From positions 4,814 through 68,813 of the forward strand of contig JBMOOW010000120.1 in assembly GCA_049323195.1 (NCBI GenBank): DNA of 64,000 bases, in the 5' to 3' direction. Source of the DNA: Pseudomonadota bacterium (GTDB taxonomy: Bacteria; Pseudomonadota; Gammaproteobacteria; Xanthomonadales; Xanthomonadaceae). Of the stretch, positions 1-8,959 are shown piece after piece. Below the pieces are notes generated by a model. The model was not told the origin of the DNA, did not search any database, and saw nothing but the letters and a program-made list of their open reading frames with translations. Position 1 is the first letter of the stretch. The number at the start of each line of letters is the position of its first letter. Made by a program: the position numbers and the translations under genes.

Positions 1-1
1 C

Positions 2-304
2 ATGGGCAGTTCGCTGTCGGGCGGGCAGAAGCAGCGCGTGATCCTGGCGCGCGCCCTGTACCGCAACCCGAAGCTGCTGTTTCTCGATGAGGCGACCAGC
101 CACCTCGACGTGATGAAGGAGCGGCTGGTCAACGAGGCCGTGAAGCAGCTGCAGCTGACCAAGATCATCGTGGCGCATCGTCCGGAGACGATCGCCAGCG
201 CCGACCGGGTGCTCGTCATGGAGCAGGGGCGGATCGTGCAGGAGCTGCGGCCCCAACCACAGCCCGCACCCTCGCCAGCAGCTTCCGTGTCAGTGCCGGC
301 CTGA
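2..304 (+). CDS. ABC transporter ATP-binding domain, C-terminal fragment (gene starts upstream of window); peptide/bacteriocin-exporter type
   Basis: ORF open at window edge; ABC signature LSGGQKQR, Walker B LLFLDEATSHLD, H-loop IIVAHR. Confidence 0.85.
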   Translation: MGSSLSGGQKQRVILARALYRNPKLLFLDEATSHLDVMKERLVNEAVKQLQLTKIIVAHRPETIASADRVLVMEQGRIVQELRPQPQPAPSPAASVSVPA

Positions 305-336
305 GTGGCGACCCTGTTGGCTCCGCCCATAGATTG

Positions 337-885
337 CTACCGGGGGATGCAATACGAAACCAGCGCTCCGGCGGCGACCACGGCGAAGCCGGTGTAGACG
401 ATGTAGCCGCGAATCGGTTCGGGAAACAGGCTCGCGTTGTTCGAGATCGTCGCCCCTGCGACCACCAGCCCGAATGCCGTCATCAGCATTCTGCGGCGCA
501 GCCGGATGGTGGCGTCCCGCAGCTGGGCGGCGCGGCGGATCTGCTTCTCCTGCTCCAGCAGCGCGTAGTGGTCGGAGAGGCTGAAACCGCACCATCGACA
601 GTGGTCGGTACCGCGCCACGTCCAGCGATCGCACTGCGGACACTCCGTGGCATTGCGGTGATGCGGTGGAGGGGCGTCGGGCAGGACAGGCGCCGGGGCG
701 GGCTTGGGCTCGGCAGGTATCCACTCCTGCACGGACCGTGCTTCCGCCGCCGTGTCTGCGGGCGCGTCGTCCTCGAGCAGTTCCAGAATCTCCTCGAGCA
801 GCGCCTCGCGCCGCTGGGCGTCCGACGGAGGTGCAACAGCTACAGGCAAGCGCACGATCTTCGGATCGTTGGGCGTCTCGGACAT
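337..885 (-). CDS. hypothetical membrane protein with Cys4 zinc ribbon
   Basis: 182-aa ORF starting 8 nt after the stop of the XRE gene on the same strand; CPQC-x10-CRWC motif; two hydrophobic C-terminal segments (LMTAFGLVVAGA, IVYTGFAVVAAGALV). Confidence 0.55.
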   Translation of the reverse strand: MSETPNDPKIVRLPVAVAPPSDAQRREALLEEILELLEDDAPADTAAEARSVQEWIPAEPKPAPAPVLPDAPPPHHRNATECPQCDRWTWRGTDHCRWCGFSLSDHYALLEQEKQIRRAAQLRDATIRLRRRMLMTAFGLVVAGATISNNASLFPEPIRGYIVYTGFAVVAAGALVSYCIPR

Positions 886-893
886 CGGCTGCG

Positions 894-1325
894 CTACGCC
901 GTCAGGGCCAGCATCTCGGACAGTTGCTCGGGATCGACCCGTGGCTTGTCCCGGAAGTACAGGAACATGAGCTTGATCAGCCGGGCCTTCTTCTCCGGCG
1001 GCAGTCCCCGCCGCGTCTTCTTGAGCCGGGTTTCGAGCGCGATGACGACCTCTTCCAGCACGTCGAGGTCGGCTGCAGTCGTCGCTTTCAGGTCGGTGCT
1101 AAGCCCGGTCAGCACCCACAGGGGATCGGCGCCGTAGACCTCGTACAGCGCCTTCAGGACAATCGCGGGCACCTCCCGCTCGCCGCGCTCGTAGTTCTGG
1201 TAGGCGCGCGGCGACAGCCCCATGCGCTCGGCAAATTCTGTCTGGACCAGACGGGTGCGATCGCGCACGGCCGCCAGGCGCCGGCCGATCTGCAGGTTGA
1301 CCTCTTCCGTAGACAGCTTACTCAT
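894..1325 (-). CDS. XRE-family helix-turn-helix transcriptional regulator (phage-repressor-like)
   Basis: Internal ATG at 1325 gives MSKLSTEEVNLQIGRRLAAVRDRTRLVQTEFAERMGLSPRAYQNYERGEREVP, a typical XRE HTH; upstream part of the 198-aa ORF is Arg/Gly-rich and judged non-coding. Confidence 0.8.
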   Translation of the reverse strand: MSKLSTEEVNLQIGRRLAAVRDRTRLVQTEFAERMGLSPRAYQNYERGEREVPAIVLKALYEVYGADPLWVLTGLSTDLKATTAADLDVLEEVVIALETRLKKTRRGLPPEKKARLIKLMFLYFRDKPRVDPEQLSEMLALTA

Positions 1326-1329
1326 TTGT

Positions 1330-1365
1330 GCTATCGTGCGTCTCACTTGCCCATCGCACGCTAGC
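1330..1365. promoter_or_regulatory. candidate operator: 11-bp inverted repeat in the 42-bp spacer between divergent XRE and Ner-like genes
   Basis: GCTATCGTGCG (1330-1340) and CGCACGCTAGC (1355-1365) are reverse complements with one mismatch, 14-nt spacer. Confidence 0.45.
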
Positions 1366-1367
1366 AC

Positions 1368-1616
1368 ATGGCGCTTTCCCTGCGACAGCACGAACGGATC
1401 AAGCAGCAGCTGCGCAAGCGGGGCACCTCGCTGGCCGAGGTCGCCCGGGAGTTGTCGGTCGCGAAAACCACCGTCACGTCGGTCAGCCAAGGCTATCGGC
1501 GGTCACGTCGCATCGAGATGGCCATTGCGACCAAGCTTGGCCGCACGCCGCAGCAATTGTGGCCGGCACGCTACCCCGCCGGGCGCGAGGCCACGGAGGC
1601 ACCGCCAGTGAGCTGA
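1368..1616 (+). CDS. Ner/Nlp-family DNA-binding protein
   Basis: 82 aa; LRKRGTSLAEVARELSV...IEMAIATKLGRTPQQLWPARY parallels the E. coli Nlp / phage Mu Ner pattern LRKKGTS...IIAKALG..P..IWPSRY. Confidence 0.7.
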   Translation: MALSLRQHERIKQQLRKRGTSLAEVARELSVAKTTVTSVSQGYRRSRRIEMAIATKLGRTPQQLWPARYPAGREATEAPPVS

Positions 1617-1652
1617 CTTATCCTTTCCCATTTCTTCCGCGGGAAATGCAAA

Positions 1653-1680
1653 GCCCCCGTGCGTTGGAGCGCACGAGGGC
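1653..1680 (+). terminator. GC-rich hairpin downstream of the Ner-like gene (possible terminator; could also belong to the IS left end)
   Basis: GCCCCCGTGCG-TTGGAG-CGCACGAGGGC, 11-bp stem with one mismatch, followed only by TT. Confidence 0.3.
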
Positions 1681-1820
1681 TTGAGGTGCAAGGCGACTGC
1701 GATGTCGCTTGCATTCTCGGCATCCCGACTTCCTTCGTCAAGCCCTGCCCGGCGATCGCCCGGGTGGCGGTGCGGTGCTGCCGGCTGTCCGGCGACAGCG
1801 CCGCGCATGCGGGATGCACG

Positions 1821-3353
1821 ATGAGCACATTGAAAGACGTGTGCCGGGCGCTGTTGCGCACGCAACACTCCAACCGCGAGATTGCACGCCGGCTGCACTG
1901 GTCCGCGACCACCGTGGGACGGTACCGGCAGCGCCTGCTTGAAGAGTCCCTCGACTGGACCGCGGTCGAGGTGCTCGACGAGATCGCCTTGGACCGGCTT
2001 CTCAATCCCGGCCGGCACCACGGCAAGAAGCAGTTCGTCGAGCCCGACTGGGCGCACGTCCACCAGGAGCTGCAGCGGCGTGGCGTGACCAAGGCGCTCC
2101 TGCATGAGGAGTACGCGCTGGGCCTTGAGTCGGGCGCCATGTCCGAGACGGAGTTCCGGCGGCGCTATGACCGCTACGCCCGGACGCGCGGGCTGGTCAT
2201 GCGGCAGGTGCATCATCCGGGCGAGCAACTGTTTCTGGACTTCTCGGGCGTGCGGCCGTCCCTGACCGATCGCCTGACCGGTCGGAAGACGCCCGTCGAG
2301 TTCTTCGTGGCGGTCATGGGCGCCAGCCGCAAGACCTTCGCGACGGCGGTGGCCAGCCAGAAGCTGGCCGACTGGATCGCCTGCAACGCCGGTGCGCTCG
2401 CGTTCTTCGGGGGCGTGCCGATGCACTTGGTGCCGGACAACCTGAAGGCGGCCGTCATCTCGCGCTCGCGCGAGGACGGCCCGGTGCTGAACGCGACGTA
2501 CGCCGAGTTCGCGACGCACTACGACACCGACATCCATCCGACGCGGCCGCGCAGACCGAAGGACAAGGCGGCGGTCGAGGTCGGCGTGCAGGTGGCGCAG
2601 CGCTGGATCCTGGCCCGTCTGCGCAACCGGGTGTTCTATACGCTGAAAGAGCTCAATGCGGCGATCGCCGAGTTGACCGAGCGACTGAACAACCGCCCGA
2701 TGCGGGGCTGTGGTGGCAAGAGTCGCAACCAGCTTTTCGACGAGCTCGACGCCCCGGCGCTGCGCCCGCTGCCGGCGACTCCCTACGAATATGCCGAGTG
2801 GAAGCTCAAGGTCACCGTCGGTCAGGACTACCACGTCCCGTGGGGCGCCCGGTACTACTCGGTGCCGTACACGCTGGTCGGCGCCAAGGTGAACGTCAAG
2901 GCCACCCGTGACACGGTGACGGTGTTCCATCGGGACCGTCGCGTCGCGCTGCATCCGCGCGTCGACGAGGCCGGGTGCAGCACGCTGCCGGAGCACCAGC
3001 CTGCAGCGCATCGGGCCTATTCGCAGGACACGTCCGCCACGCTGATGGCCTGGGCCACGCAGCAGGGTGGCGCCATCCACCGGTTCGTCCAACACCACAT
3101 CGACAACCACCGGCGGCCCGCGCTCTCGCTGCAGGCGTGCCGCGGCCTCCAGCGGCTCGGCCGCGAATACGGCACGGAGCGCCTGCAGGCGGCGTGCGAC
3201 CGCGCGCTCCGGGCGCACGCGACCAGCATCAGCTCCGTCAAATCGATTCTCAAGCGCGGCCTTGAAGCCACGCCGCCGGCATCGCCCGAAGCGGCGAACG
3301 ATGACCCGCTGCCCGCCCACGAGAACGTGCGCGGCGCCCACTACTACACCTGA
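1821..3353 (+). CDS. istA: IS21-family transposase IstA
   Basis: ATG at 1821 (MSTLKDVCRALL...); N-terminal HTH, DDE/rve-like core (LDFSGV...FVAVMGASRKTFA...VPDNLKAAV), about 510 aa, 17 nt upstream of istB. Confidence 0.93.
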   Translation: MSTLKDVCRALLRTQHSNREIARRLHWSATTVGRYRQRLLEESLDWTAVEVLDEIALDRLLNPGRHHGKKQFVEPDWAHVHQELQRRGVTKALLHEEYALGLESGAMSETEFRRRYDRYARTRGLVMRQVHHPGEQLFLDFSGVRPSLTDRLTGRKTPVEFFVAVMGASRKTFATAVASQKLADWIACNAGALAFFGGVPMHLVPDNLKAAVISRSREDGPVLNATYAEFATHYDTDIHPTRPRRPKDKAAVEVGVQVAQRWILARLRNRVFYTLKELNAAIAELTERLNNRPMRGCGGKSRNQLFDELDAPALRPLPATPYEYAEWKLKVTVGQDYHVPWGARYYSVPYTLVGAKVNVKATRDTVTVFHRDRRVALHPRVDEAGCSTLPEHQPAAHRAYSQDTSATLMAWATQQGGAIHRFVQHHIDNHRRPALSLQACRGLQRLGREYGTERLQAACDRALRAHATSISSVKSILKRGLEATPPASPEAANDDPLPAHENVRGAHYYT

Positions 3354-3370
3354 TTCACAAGGAGACCCGC

Positions 3371-4126
3371 ATGACCCTGCAGAACACTTTCGACCGGCTG
3401 CGCGAGCTGCGCCTGAACGGCATGATGGAAGGGCTGGAGCACCAGCTCAGCCAGACCGCCTACAGCGGATTGGCTTTTGAAGAGCGGCTCGGCCATCTGG
3501 TGGATGCCGAGCGCAGCCATCGCGATACCCAGCGGCTCAAGCGCCTATTGAAGAACGCGCGGCTCAAGACCAACGCCGAACCCGAAGCCATCGACTACAG
3601 GCCCGGTCGTGGGCTGGATCGGGCGGTCATCGCCGACCTGTTGACGTGCGGATGGGTTGAGCGTCGGCAGAACGTCTTGGTGACCGGGCTGACCGGGACG
3701 GGCAAGACGTGGCTAGCCTGCGCCTTGGGCGTGCAGGCCGCGCGCAAGGGCCACACCGTGGCCTACAGGCGCGTGAGGCGGATGCTGGAAGAACTGGAAA
3801 TCGCCCATGCCGATGGGTCGCTCGCCAAGGTACGGAACCAGCTGGCCAAGGTCGAGCTGCTGATCCTGGATGACTTCGGCCTGACCCCACTCAACAATCG
3901 GGGGCGGGCCGAGCTGCTCGAAGTGCTGGACGATCGCGTTGGCAGCGGCGCTACGATCGTCGCCGGCCAGATGCCGATCAAGGACTGGCACGCCTTCATC
4001 AACGACCCTGCGTTGGCCGATGCGATCCTGGATCGGTTGATCCACAGCAGCCACAAGCTCGTGCTCAAGGGCGAATCGATGCGCAAACGGAAAGGCGCCG
4101 CCCTGGCGGCGTCGGAAACCGGCTGA
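3371..4126 (+). CDS. istB: IS21-family helper ATPase IstB
   Basis: 251 aa; LRELRLNGMMEGLEHQL N-terminus, Walker A GLTGTGKTW, Walker B LLILDDFG. Confidence 0.93.
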   Translation: MTLQNTFDRLRELRLNGMMEGLEHQLSQTAYSGLAFEERLGHLVDAERSHRDTQRLKRLLKNARLKTNAEPEAIDYRPGRGLDRAVIADLLTCGWVERRQNVLVTGLTGTGKTWLACALGVQAARKGHTVAYRRVRRMLEELEIAHADGSLAKVRNQLAKVELLILDDFGLTPLNNRGRAELLEVLDDRVGSGATIVAGQMPIKDWHAFINDPALADAILDRLIHSSHKLVLKGESMRKRKGAALAASETG

Positions 4127-4149
4127 GCAACGACTATGGCCAGTCGGCT

Positions 4150-4241
4150 GGCGGCGGTGTCCAGTTCAGTTGGCGTCGCTGTCCAGTTACCTTGGCGGAG
4201 GTGCACGGATCCGTTGGCGGCAGTGTCCAGATCGATTGGCG
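4150..4241. repeat. phased direct repeats at the IS21 right end (putative IstA binding sites)
   Basis: GTGTCCAG at 4157 and 4223, CTGTCCAG at 4179, degenerate GTGCACGG at 4201 (22-bp phasing); three of them followed by TTGGCG. Confidence 0.55.
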
Positions 4242-4470
4242 TTGAGTGATCAGTTCGCTGGCGTTTGGCAATCACCGAGGACGCGGCGCCTTCGCTGATG
4301 CCGAGAACCCGTGGCACGGGGCGGCCGTGCAGGGGGGTGAAACACGGGCCGGAGTGGCCTTTCTCAGCCCCCAAGAGAAAGTCGACTGCGACCCCGGTTT
4401 CTGCTGCCCGGATGTGCGGGATCGGATGAAGCCCTCGACGTGTGCAGGAGCGGGGCCGCAGCCCCGTTCC

Positions 4471-5997
4471 TTACCAGTTCTCGTCCGCCTCTTCGGCACG
4501 CGCAGCGGCCGCAACCTTCTTTCGGACCGGTGCCGGCCGCGCATCCGCCACGCCCGCCGGGTGGGGAGGCGTGCCGGCAGCGGGCCCGGAGGCGGCCTGC
4601 GAGGCGAGGCTCGGTGCCGCGCGCGACGTCGAGCCGCGCAGTTCCACCATGCCGGGCCGGAAGGCCGACAACGATGCCGGAATGGGGCCCTCGATCGTGC
4701 CATAGGACGTCTTGTCGGCGACGCGGTCGATGCGGATCGTGCAGCATGGGATCTCGTTGCGCCCGAGCGAGCGGCCGGTCTGCGGGTCCGTCAGTTCCTC
4801 GCCGAGCACCACGGCATCGTAACGCTCGCCTGTCGCGACGGACTTGCCGCCCTGGCTAAGCACGACCTGATCGCCTTGCAGCGCGATGACCGAGATCGGG
4901 AAGATCTCGTTCACCACCGCACGCACCATGCGATCGGACAGCGAATCCATCATCGTGGCCGCCATACCGGCGCCATCTACGGCCCGCGGCAGGGTACTGG
5001 GCGCCGTCGGCGGCAGCGTGTGCTCGAAGCTTTCGGACATCACCACCTGGCCTGTCGATGCGTTGATGATGCGCAGCGCGATGCGTCCACCGCCGGAGTA
5101 CGACGTCAGCTCGCGTCCGGACAGCCGCAAGCTGCGGCTGCTGCGTGGATACGCGAAACGCTCGATGGTCGGTACCAGGATCAGGTCCGTGGCGAGCCGC
5201 TGTCCGAGCCGGGCCACCTCCTCGCTGCGGGCGTTGCCCGAGTTGATGAAGTCGACCTCGTCCTGCATCTCCGCATCAAACTCGCGATCAAGCAGCTGGA
5301 AGCGCTCGGTCTGCGTTAGCGCGTCGGACAGGCGGGCGCGTATCTCGGAGGCGACGGCCTGCGAGTCGACCTGAGCATCACCAACTGCGTAGCGTTCGCT
5401 CCCCACGCGTGGCGCCGCGACCACCAGTTTCGGGCGGTCATCCTGCGGTCCCATGAACTTCGCGACGTCGGCACGTACTCTGACCTTCCAGAATCGCGAC
5501 ATCCGCTTCTCGGACTCACTAACGCGGATGGCGTCACCGAAGTAGCCGCCGGATGTCGCCTCGCCCGTGAACGAATACTCCGCGTCCACACGCTCGACCT
5601 CTTCCTGCGACAGCACGTGGAAGCCCTTCACCACGCCGTCGGAAGCGGACACGACCTGGTCCACATAGGCATCGCCCCCGACCTCGGTCGACCCCAAACC
5701 CTGAACGTCCAGCCGGATACCCGCCGCCACCGCTTGCGTGGACGACGTCACCCGCCGGCCGTTGACCTGGGCAATGGCCATGTCGAGCGCGCGCAGCACC
5801 GCAATTGAAGCGGTGGGCCCGATGGCCTCGGTTTCCACCGTCACCGTCTTGACGCCGCCGAAGTCGGGGTTGTCACGGAAGGGTGCTGGCTTGGAACGCG
5901 CCGGGGCAGCCGCCGCAGCCGCCGGTGCGTCCTTCTTGCAGCCGGCGAGCCCGGCGCACGCGACGGCGGTTGCGAGAATGAGGGCAGTGGTCCGCAT
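4471..5997 (-). CDS. lipoprotein with LPP20-like N-terminal region and CsgG/LpoB-like middle domain
   Basis: 508 aa; signal peptide plus lipobox LAGC; segment PKLVVAAPRV...IRARLSDALTQTERFQLLDREF...LGQRLATDLILVPTIERF resembles the CsgG-family pattern; last gene of a packed four-gene operon. Confidence 0.7.
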   Translation of the reverse strand: MRTTALILATAVACAGLAGCKKDAPAAAAAAPARSKPAPFRDNPDFGGVKTVTVETEAIGPTASIAVLRALDMAIAQVNGRRVTSSTQAVAAGIRLDVQGLGSTEVGGDAYVDQVVSASDGVVKGFHVLSQEEVERVDAEYSFTGEATSGGYFGDAIRVSESEKRMSRFWKVRVRADVAKFMGPQDDRPKLVVAAPRVGSERYAVGDAQVDSQAVASEIRARLSDALTQTERFQLLDREFDAEMQDEVDFINSGNARSEEVARLGQRLATDLILVPTIERFAYPRSSRSLRLSGRELTSYSGGGRIALRIINASTGQVVMSESFEHTLPPTAPSTLPRAVDGAGMAATMMDSLSDRMVRAVVNEIFPISVIALQGDQVVLSQGGKSVATGERYDAVVLGEELTDPQTGRSLGRNEIPCCTIRIDRVADKTSYGTIEGPIPASLSAFRPGMVELRGSTSRAAPSLASQAASGPAAGTPPHPAGVADARPAPVRKKVAAAARAEEADENW

Positions 5998-6000
5998 CGA

Positions 6001-6636
6001 TCAGAGCCCGTCGAGGGCGGCCGTCGCATTGGCCGGTGGCTTGATGCCATTGCTTTTGGCAAAGGCGAACACGTCACGGGTCGTGGTGCCCAGCCCCTTT
6101 ACATAGCCGGGCATCTCCTTACCGACCCAAAGGGCCACGCGGGCCTTGCCCATCAGTGCCATCGGGTTGGAGCCGACCGATGCCACGAACGCCTGCGACT
6201 GACCGAGGAGCTGGCGCGCGCTGAGCAGCGCCTTCGCGTATTCAACCAGGCCGGCGACGAACTGCTCGCGCTGTTGCGCCGTCAGGGCCGGCTTCGCGGC
6301 CAGGACCTCCGCGATGCGTGCCTGGGCCGCATCCGACAGCGCGCGCGACTTCTTCAGCGCGTCCGCATCGAGCTGGCCACTGCTGAGGCGCTTGGCCTCG
6401 GCTTCGAGCTGTGTGACCTGATCCTTCAGCCCGAGCGCCGACGAGAGCGCCTGTTGCGCGCTCACCACGGCGGTGGCCGAGGCGACGTAGCTCGTGACGA
6501 GGGCATCACCCGAGGGTGCGTCGGTGGCCGGCATGTCCGACTTTTCCTTGCCAAGGCCAGGCAGCTTCAGGCCGGCCTGCGCAGGCGCCGAGGCGAGTGC
6601 CAGCAATGCACAGCCGAGTACGAGCATCTTTTTCAC
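6001..6636 (-). CDS. secreted alpha-helical protein, unknown function
   Basis: 211 aa; signal peptide MKKMLVLGCALLALASAPAQA; stop 3 nt before the next start. Confidence 0.7.
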   Translation of the reverse strand: MKKMLVLGCALLALASAPAQAGLKLPGLGKEKSDMPATDAPSGDALVTSYVASATAVVSAQQALSSALGLKDQVTQLEAEAKRLSSGQLDADALKKSRALSDAAQARIAEVLAAKPALTAQQREQFVAGLVEYAKALLSARQLLGQSQAFVASVGSNPMALMGKARVALWVGKEMPGYVKGLGTTTRDVFAFAKSNGIKPPANATAALDGL

Positions 6637-6656
6637 GGTAGTCTCCTGGTAGGCCG

Positions 6657-7799
6657 TCAGCGGACGGCGCGGACGTTGAGTTCGTCGACCATCACCTGTG
6701 CGGCCTTTTCCGCGGCCAGGCTGAGGGCGTTGGTACGTGCCACCGTCTCGGTGTTGCCGATGCCGGCGAACTGCACGGGGCCGACAGACGAGAGAGTGCG
6801 TGGGAAGCGGCCGCTGACGTCGAGCACTTTGCCGGTTACGGTCACCGTCACGCGCACGAGTCCGCTTGCCGGGTCGGTATCGCGGATTCCCACGTCGAGC
6901 GTTCCGTAGGCGAGCAGCGGAATGGCGGCGCGCCTGACGCCATCGACGGTCGAGCGCAGCACCTCCGCGGAGAGATCGTTGCCCGTGCTGAAATCCTTGC
7001 GGATGCGCGCGACGCTGAGCTGGCCGCCACTCTGCGGCTCGACATACTCCGCCTGCACGACCTCGTAGCCGGCGCCGCTGAGCACGCCGGTCATGGCGCT
7101 GTCGACCTCGGAAGCCGTGGTTACCTTCCAGGCAATGCGGTCGGCCTTCTGCGTGCTGCTGCCGCCGGATTCGATCGTGCCGGAGAACGACTCGCGCCCG
7201 CTTCCGGTGCGGCTGATGACATCGGACGTGCCGATGCTGGAGGCGCCGATGCTCTCGCCCTCGCGCGTCCGCACGACGGTGGAGCCGCTGCTTGCGCTCT
7301 TTGCCTTCATGTCGACGCGGCGGTATTCGCGCGCCTCGAAGCTCTGCACGCTTTCCTGCATGCGCGCGACGAACACCGTCGCCATGAGTGAGCGTGCACC
7401 CTGCGACACCGCCGCGGTGGCGGCCCCGCCATCGAGCTCGGCACGCAACAGCGCACTGTCGATGTCGGCGCGCACCACGACCGAGTAGGTACCCATCTCC
7501 TTGTTGTCGTTGTCACTGAGCACGGTCGAGCCGACGACCAGCTGGTCGAGCTTGCCCATGAACTCGTCGCGGCGGTCTGCGAGGACCTTCGCCTTCGCGA
7601 CGGACGACTCCGAGACATGCGCCTGCAGGGCGGCGAACGTCGCCTTGCGCATGGCGGCCTGGCGGTCGGCTGGCTTGAGCTTGCCGGCGTACGTTACTGA
7701 CGCCATTCCCTTGCTGCTGACGACCTGTGCGTAGGCGTGACCGCTGGCGAGGAGGGTGATGGCAAGGACTATGGTTCGGAACAGGGCCTTCAGCGGCAT
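6657..7799 (-). CDS. secreted protein with LPP20/FlgP-like N-terminal region, unknown function
   Basis: ATG at 7799 gives MPLKALFRTIVLAITLLASGHAYA signal peptide; overlaps upstream gene stop by 10 nt. Confidence 0.7.
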   Translation of the reverse strand: MPLKALFRTIVLAITLLASGHAYAQVVSSKGMASVTYAGKLKPADRQAAMRKATFAALQAHVSESSVAKAKVLADRRDEFMGKLDQLVVGSTVLSDNDNKEMGTYSVVVRADIDSALLRAELDGGAATAAVSQGARSLMATVFVARMQESVQSFEAREYRRVDMKAKSASSGSTVVRTREGESIGASSIGTSDVISRTGSGRESFSGTIESGGSSTQKADRIAWKVTTASEVDSAMTGVLSGAGYEVVQAEYVEPQSGGQLSVARIRKDFSTGNDLSAEVLRSTVDGVRRAAIPLLAYGTLDVGIRDTDPASGLVRVTVTVTGKVLDVSGRFPRTLSSVGPVQFAGIGNTETVARTNALSLAAEKAAQVMVDELNVRAVR

Positions 7800-8959
7800 T
7801 GCTGCACGAGCTCCTTGAGGGATTTGAGTTGCTGGGTGAAGACGCGGCCGCCCGTCTGCTCCGACGCCCATGGCTTTGCGCCGCCGTCGAGCGACTGGGC
7901 AAGTGACGCGAAGCCAGCCAGGAGCGTCTCGTAATAGGCTCCGCTCGAGTCGACGATGTCCTGCGAGCCGGGGATGGCCTTGGTGCTGCCCTGCCGCAGC
8001 GGCTGATCGAGGTAGATGCGGCCGGAAAGCGGTTCGGACACCGTGACGTGGAAGAACGCGCCGTAGAGTTGCTGGCGGAAACCGCCCTGTTGCGAAAGCG
8101 TCTTGTCGCGCAGATCCTCGACCGTCACGTCGATGCGATAGTCCGGCTCGGGGATGCGCAGCTGGTGGACGCTACCGTCGGCGAAGCGCGCGGGCATCAC
8201 GCCGCCAATCGCCTGTCCCGCCGCATGGGGCAACATCGGCAAGCGCAGTGTCGATGCGAGGATCTTGGTGAACTCGTGCCCCACCAGCGCGGCATCGCGC
8301 TGCCCGGGTGCAAGCTTGCCGGCAGCGAGGTCCGACAGGCGCGTTCCGACCACCTGCAGGCGCCTCGACGACGCGTTCGGTAGCGAAAGCGACGCCAACT
8401 CGGCCGCGGTGACCTCGGGCAGGCGCCCCGGCCCTGTACCATCCAGCACTCGCGCCGCCATCGCCTCCAGCGCCGCTTCCGTCGGTGGCGCGTCGAACAT
8501 GTCGATGTACTGGAGCGTCAACGGGTACGCGAAAAGCACCTGCTTCTCGCGGAAGTCGAAGAACAGGGCCTGCCCGGCGAGCTCGTAGAGCACTTTCCAG
8601 CGGCCGTCGATGCGCTCCTGCGTGACGGTCTCGCGGTCGAGCGCCACGGCCATTACCAGCGACGCGCCGCTGCCATCGAGCACCTGCAGCCGCTCCGCAG
8701 GTGCCCAGGAGATGTGCCGTGCCGGAGTACGCTCCAGAGCATCACGCAGGCGCCGCGCATACGCCTGCAGACCGATCCGGCCCAGCACGGCACTGGCGTG
8801 CGGCAGCCGCTCGCCAGAGCCGGCCGCGGCGCCGGTATAGGCCACGCCCGCGAAGCCGACCTCGGCACGTTCCGCGGCCGGTGCGGCCGCCGCGATGGAA
8901 AGCAGGACAGCAACCCCCAACACCGCACGGCGCAGCGGCGCGGCCCAGCATGACGACAT
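7790..8959 (-). CDS. secreted protein, unknown function (first gene of envelope operon)
   Basis: 389 aa; signal-like N-terminus AVLGVAVLLSIAAAAPAAE; non-repetitive composition. Confidence 0.65.
   Translation of the reverse strand: MSSCWAAPLRRAVLGVAVLLSIAAAAPAAERAEVGFAGVAYTGAAAGSGERLPHASAVLGRIGLQAYARRLRDALERTPARHISWAPAERLQVLDGSGASLVMAVALDRETVTQERIDGRWKVLYELAGQALFFDFREKQVLFAYPLTLQYIDMFDAPPTEAALEAMAARVLDGTGPGRLPEVTAAELASLSLPNASSRRLQVVGTRLSDLAAGKLAPGQRDAALVGHEFTKILASTLRLPMLPHAAGQAIGGVMPARFADGSVHQLRIPEPDYRIDVTVEDLRDKTLSQQGGFRQQLYGAFFHVTVSEPLSGRIYLDQPLRQGSTKAIPGSQDIVDSSGAYYETLLAGFASLAQSLDGGAKPWASEQTGGRVFTQQLKSLKELVQQCR

Larger units (their letters stand above)
1682..4252 (+). mobile_element. IS21-family insertion sequence (istA + istB); boundaries approximate, left end especially uncertain
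   Basis: Canonical istA/istB pair; phased repeats downstream of istB; candidate termini TGA...TCA (1682 and 4252) with only weak inverted-repeat similarity; no clear target-site duplication seen. Confidence 0.7.

Noticed and set aside
1503-3341. 612-aa minus-strand ORF opposite istA
   Set aside because: Arg/Ala/Gly/Pro-rich shadow frame antisense to a gene with clear IS21 transposase motifs. Such frames are typical of high-GC DNA.
894-4126. Mu-like early region (c repressor, ner, A transposase, B ATPase)
   Set aside because: The gene order mimics Mu, but the transposase and ATPase are canonical IS21 IstA/IstB. They have IS21-type terminal repeats right after istB, and no phage structural genes follow.
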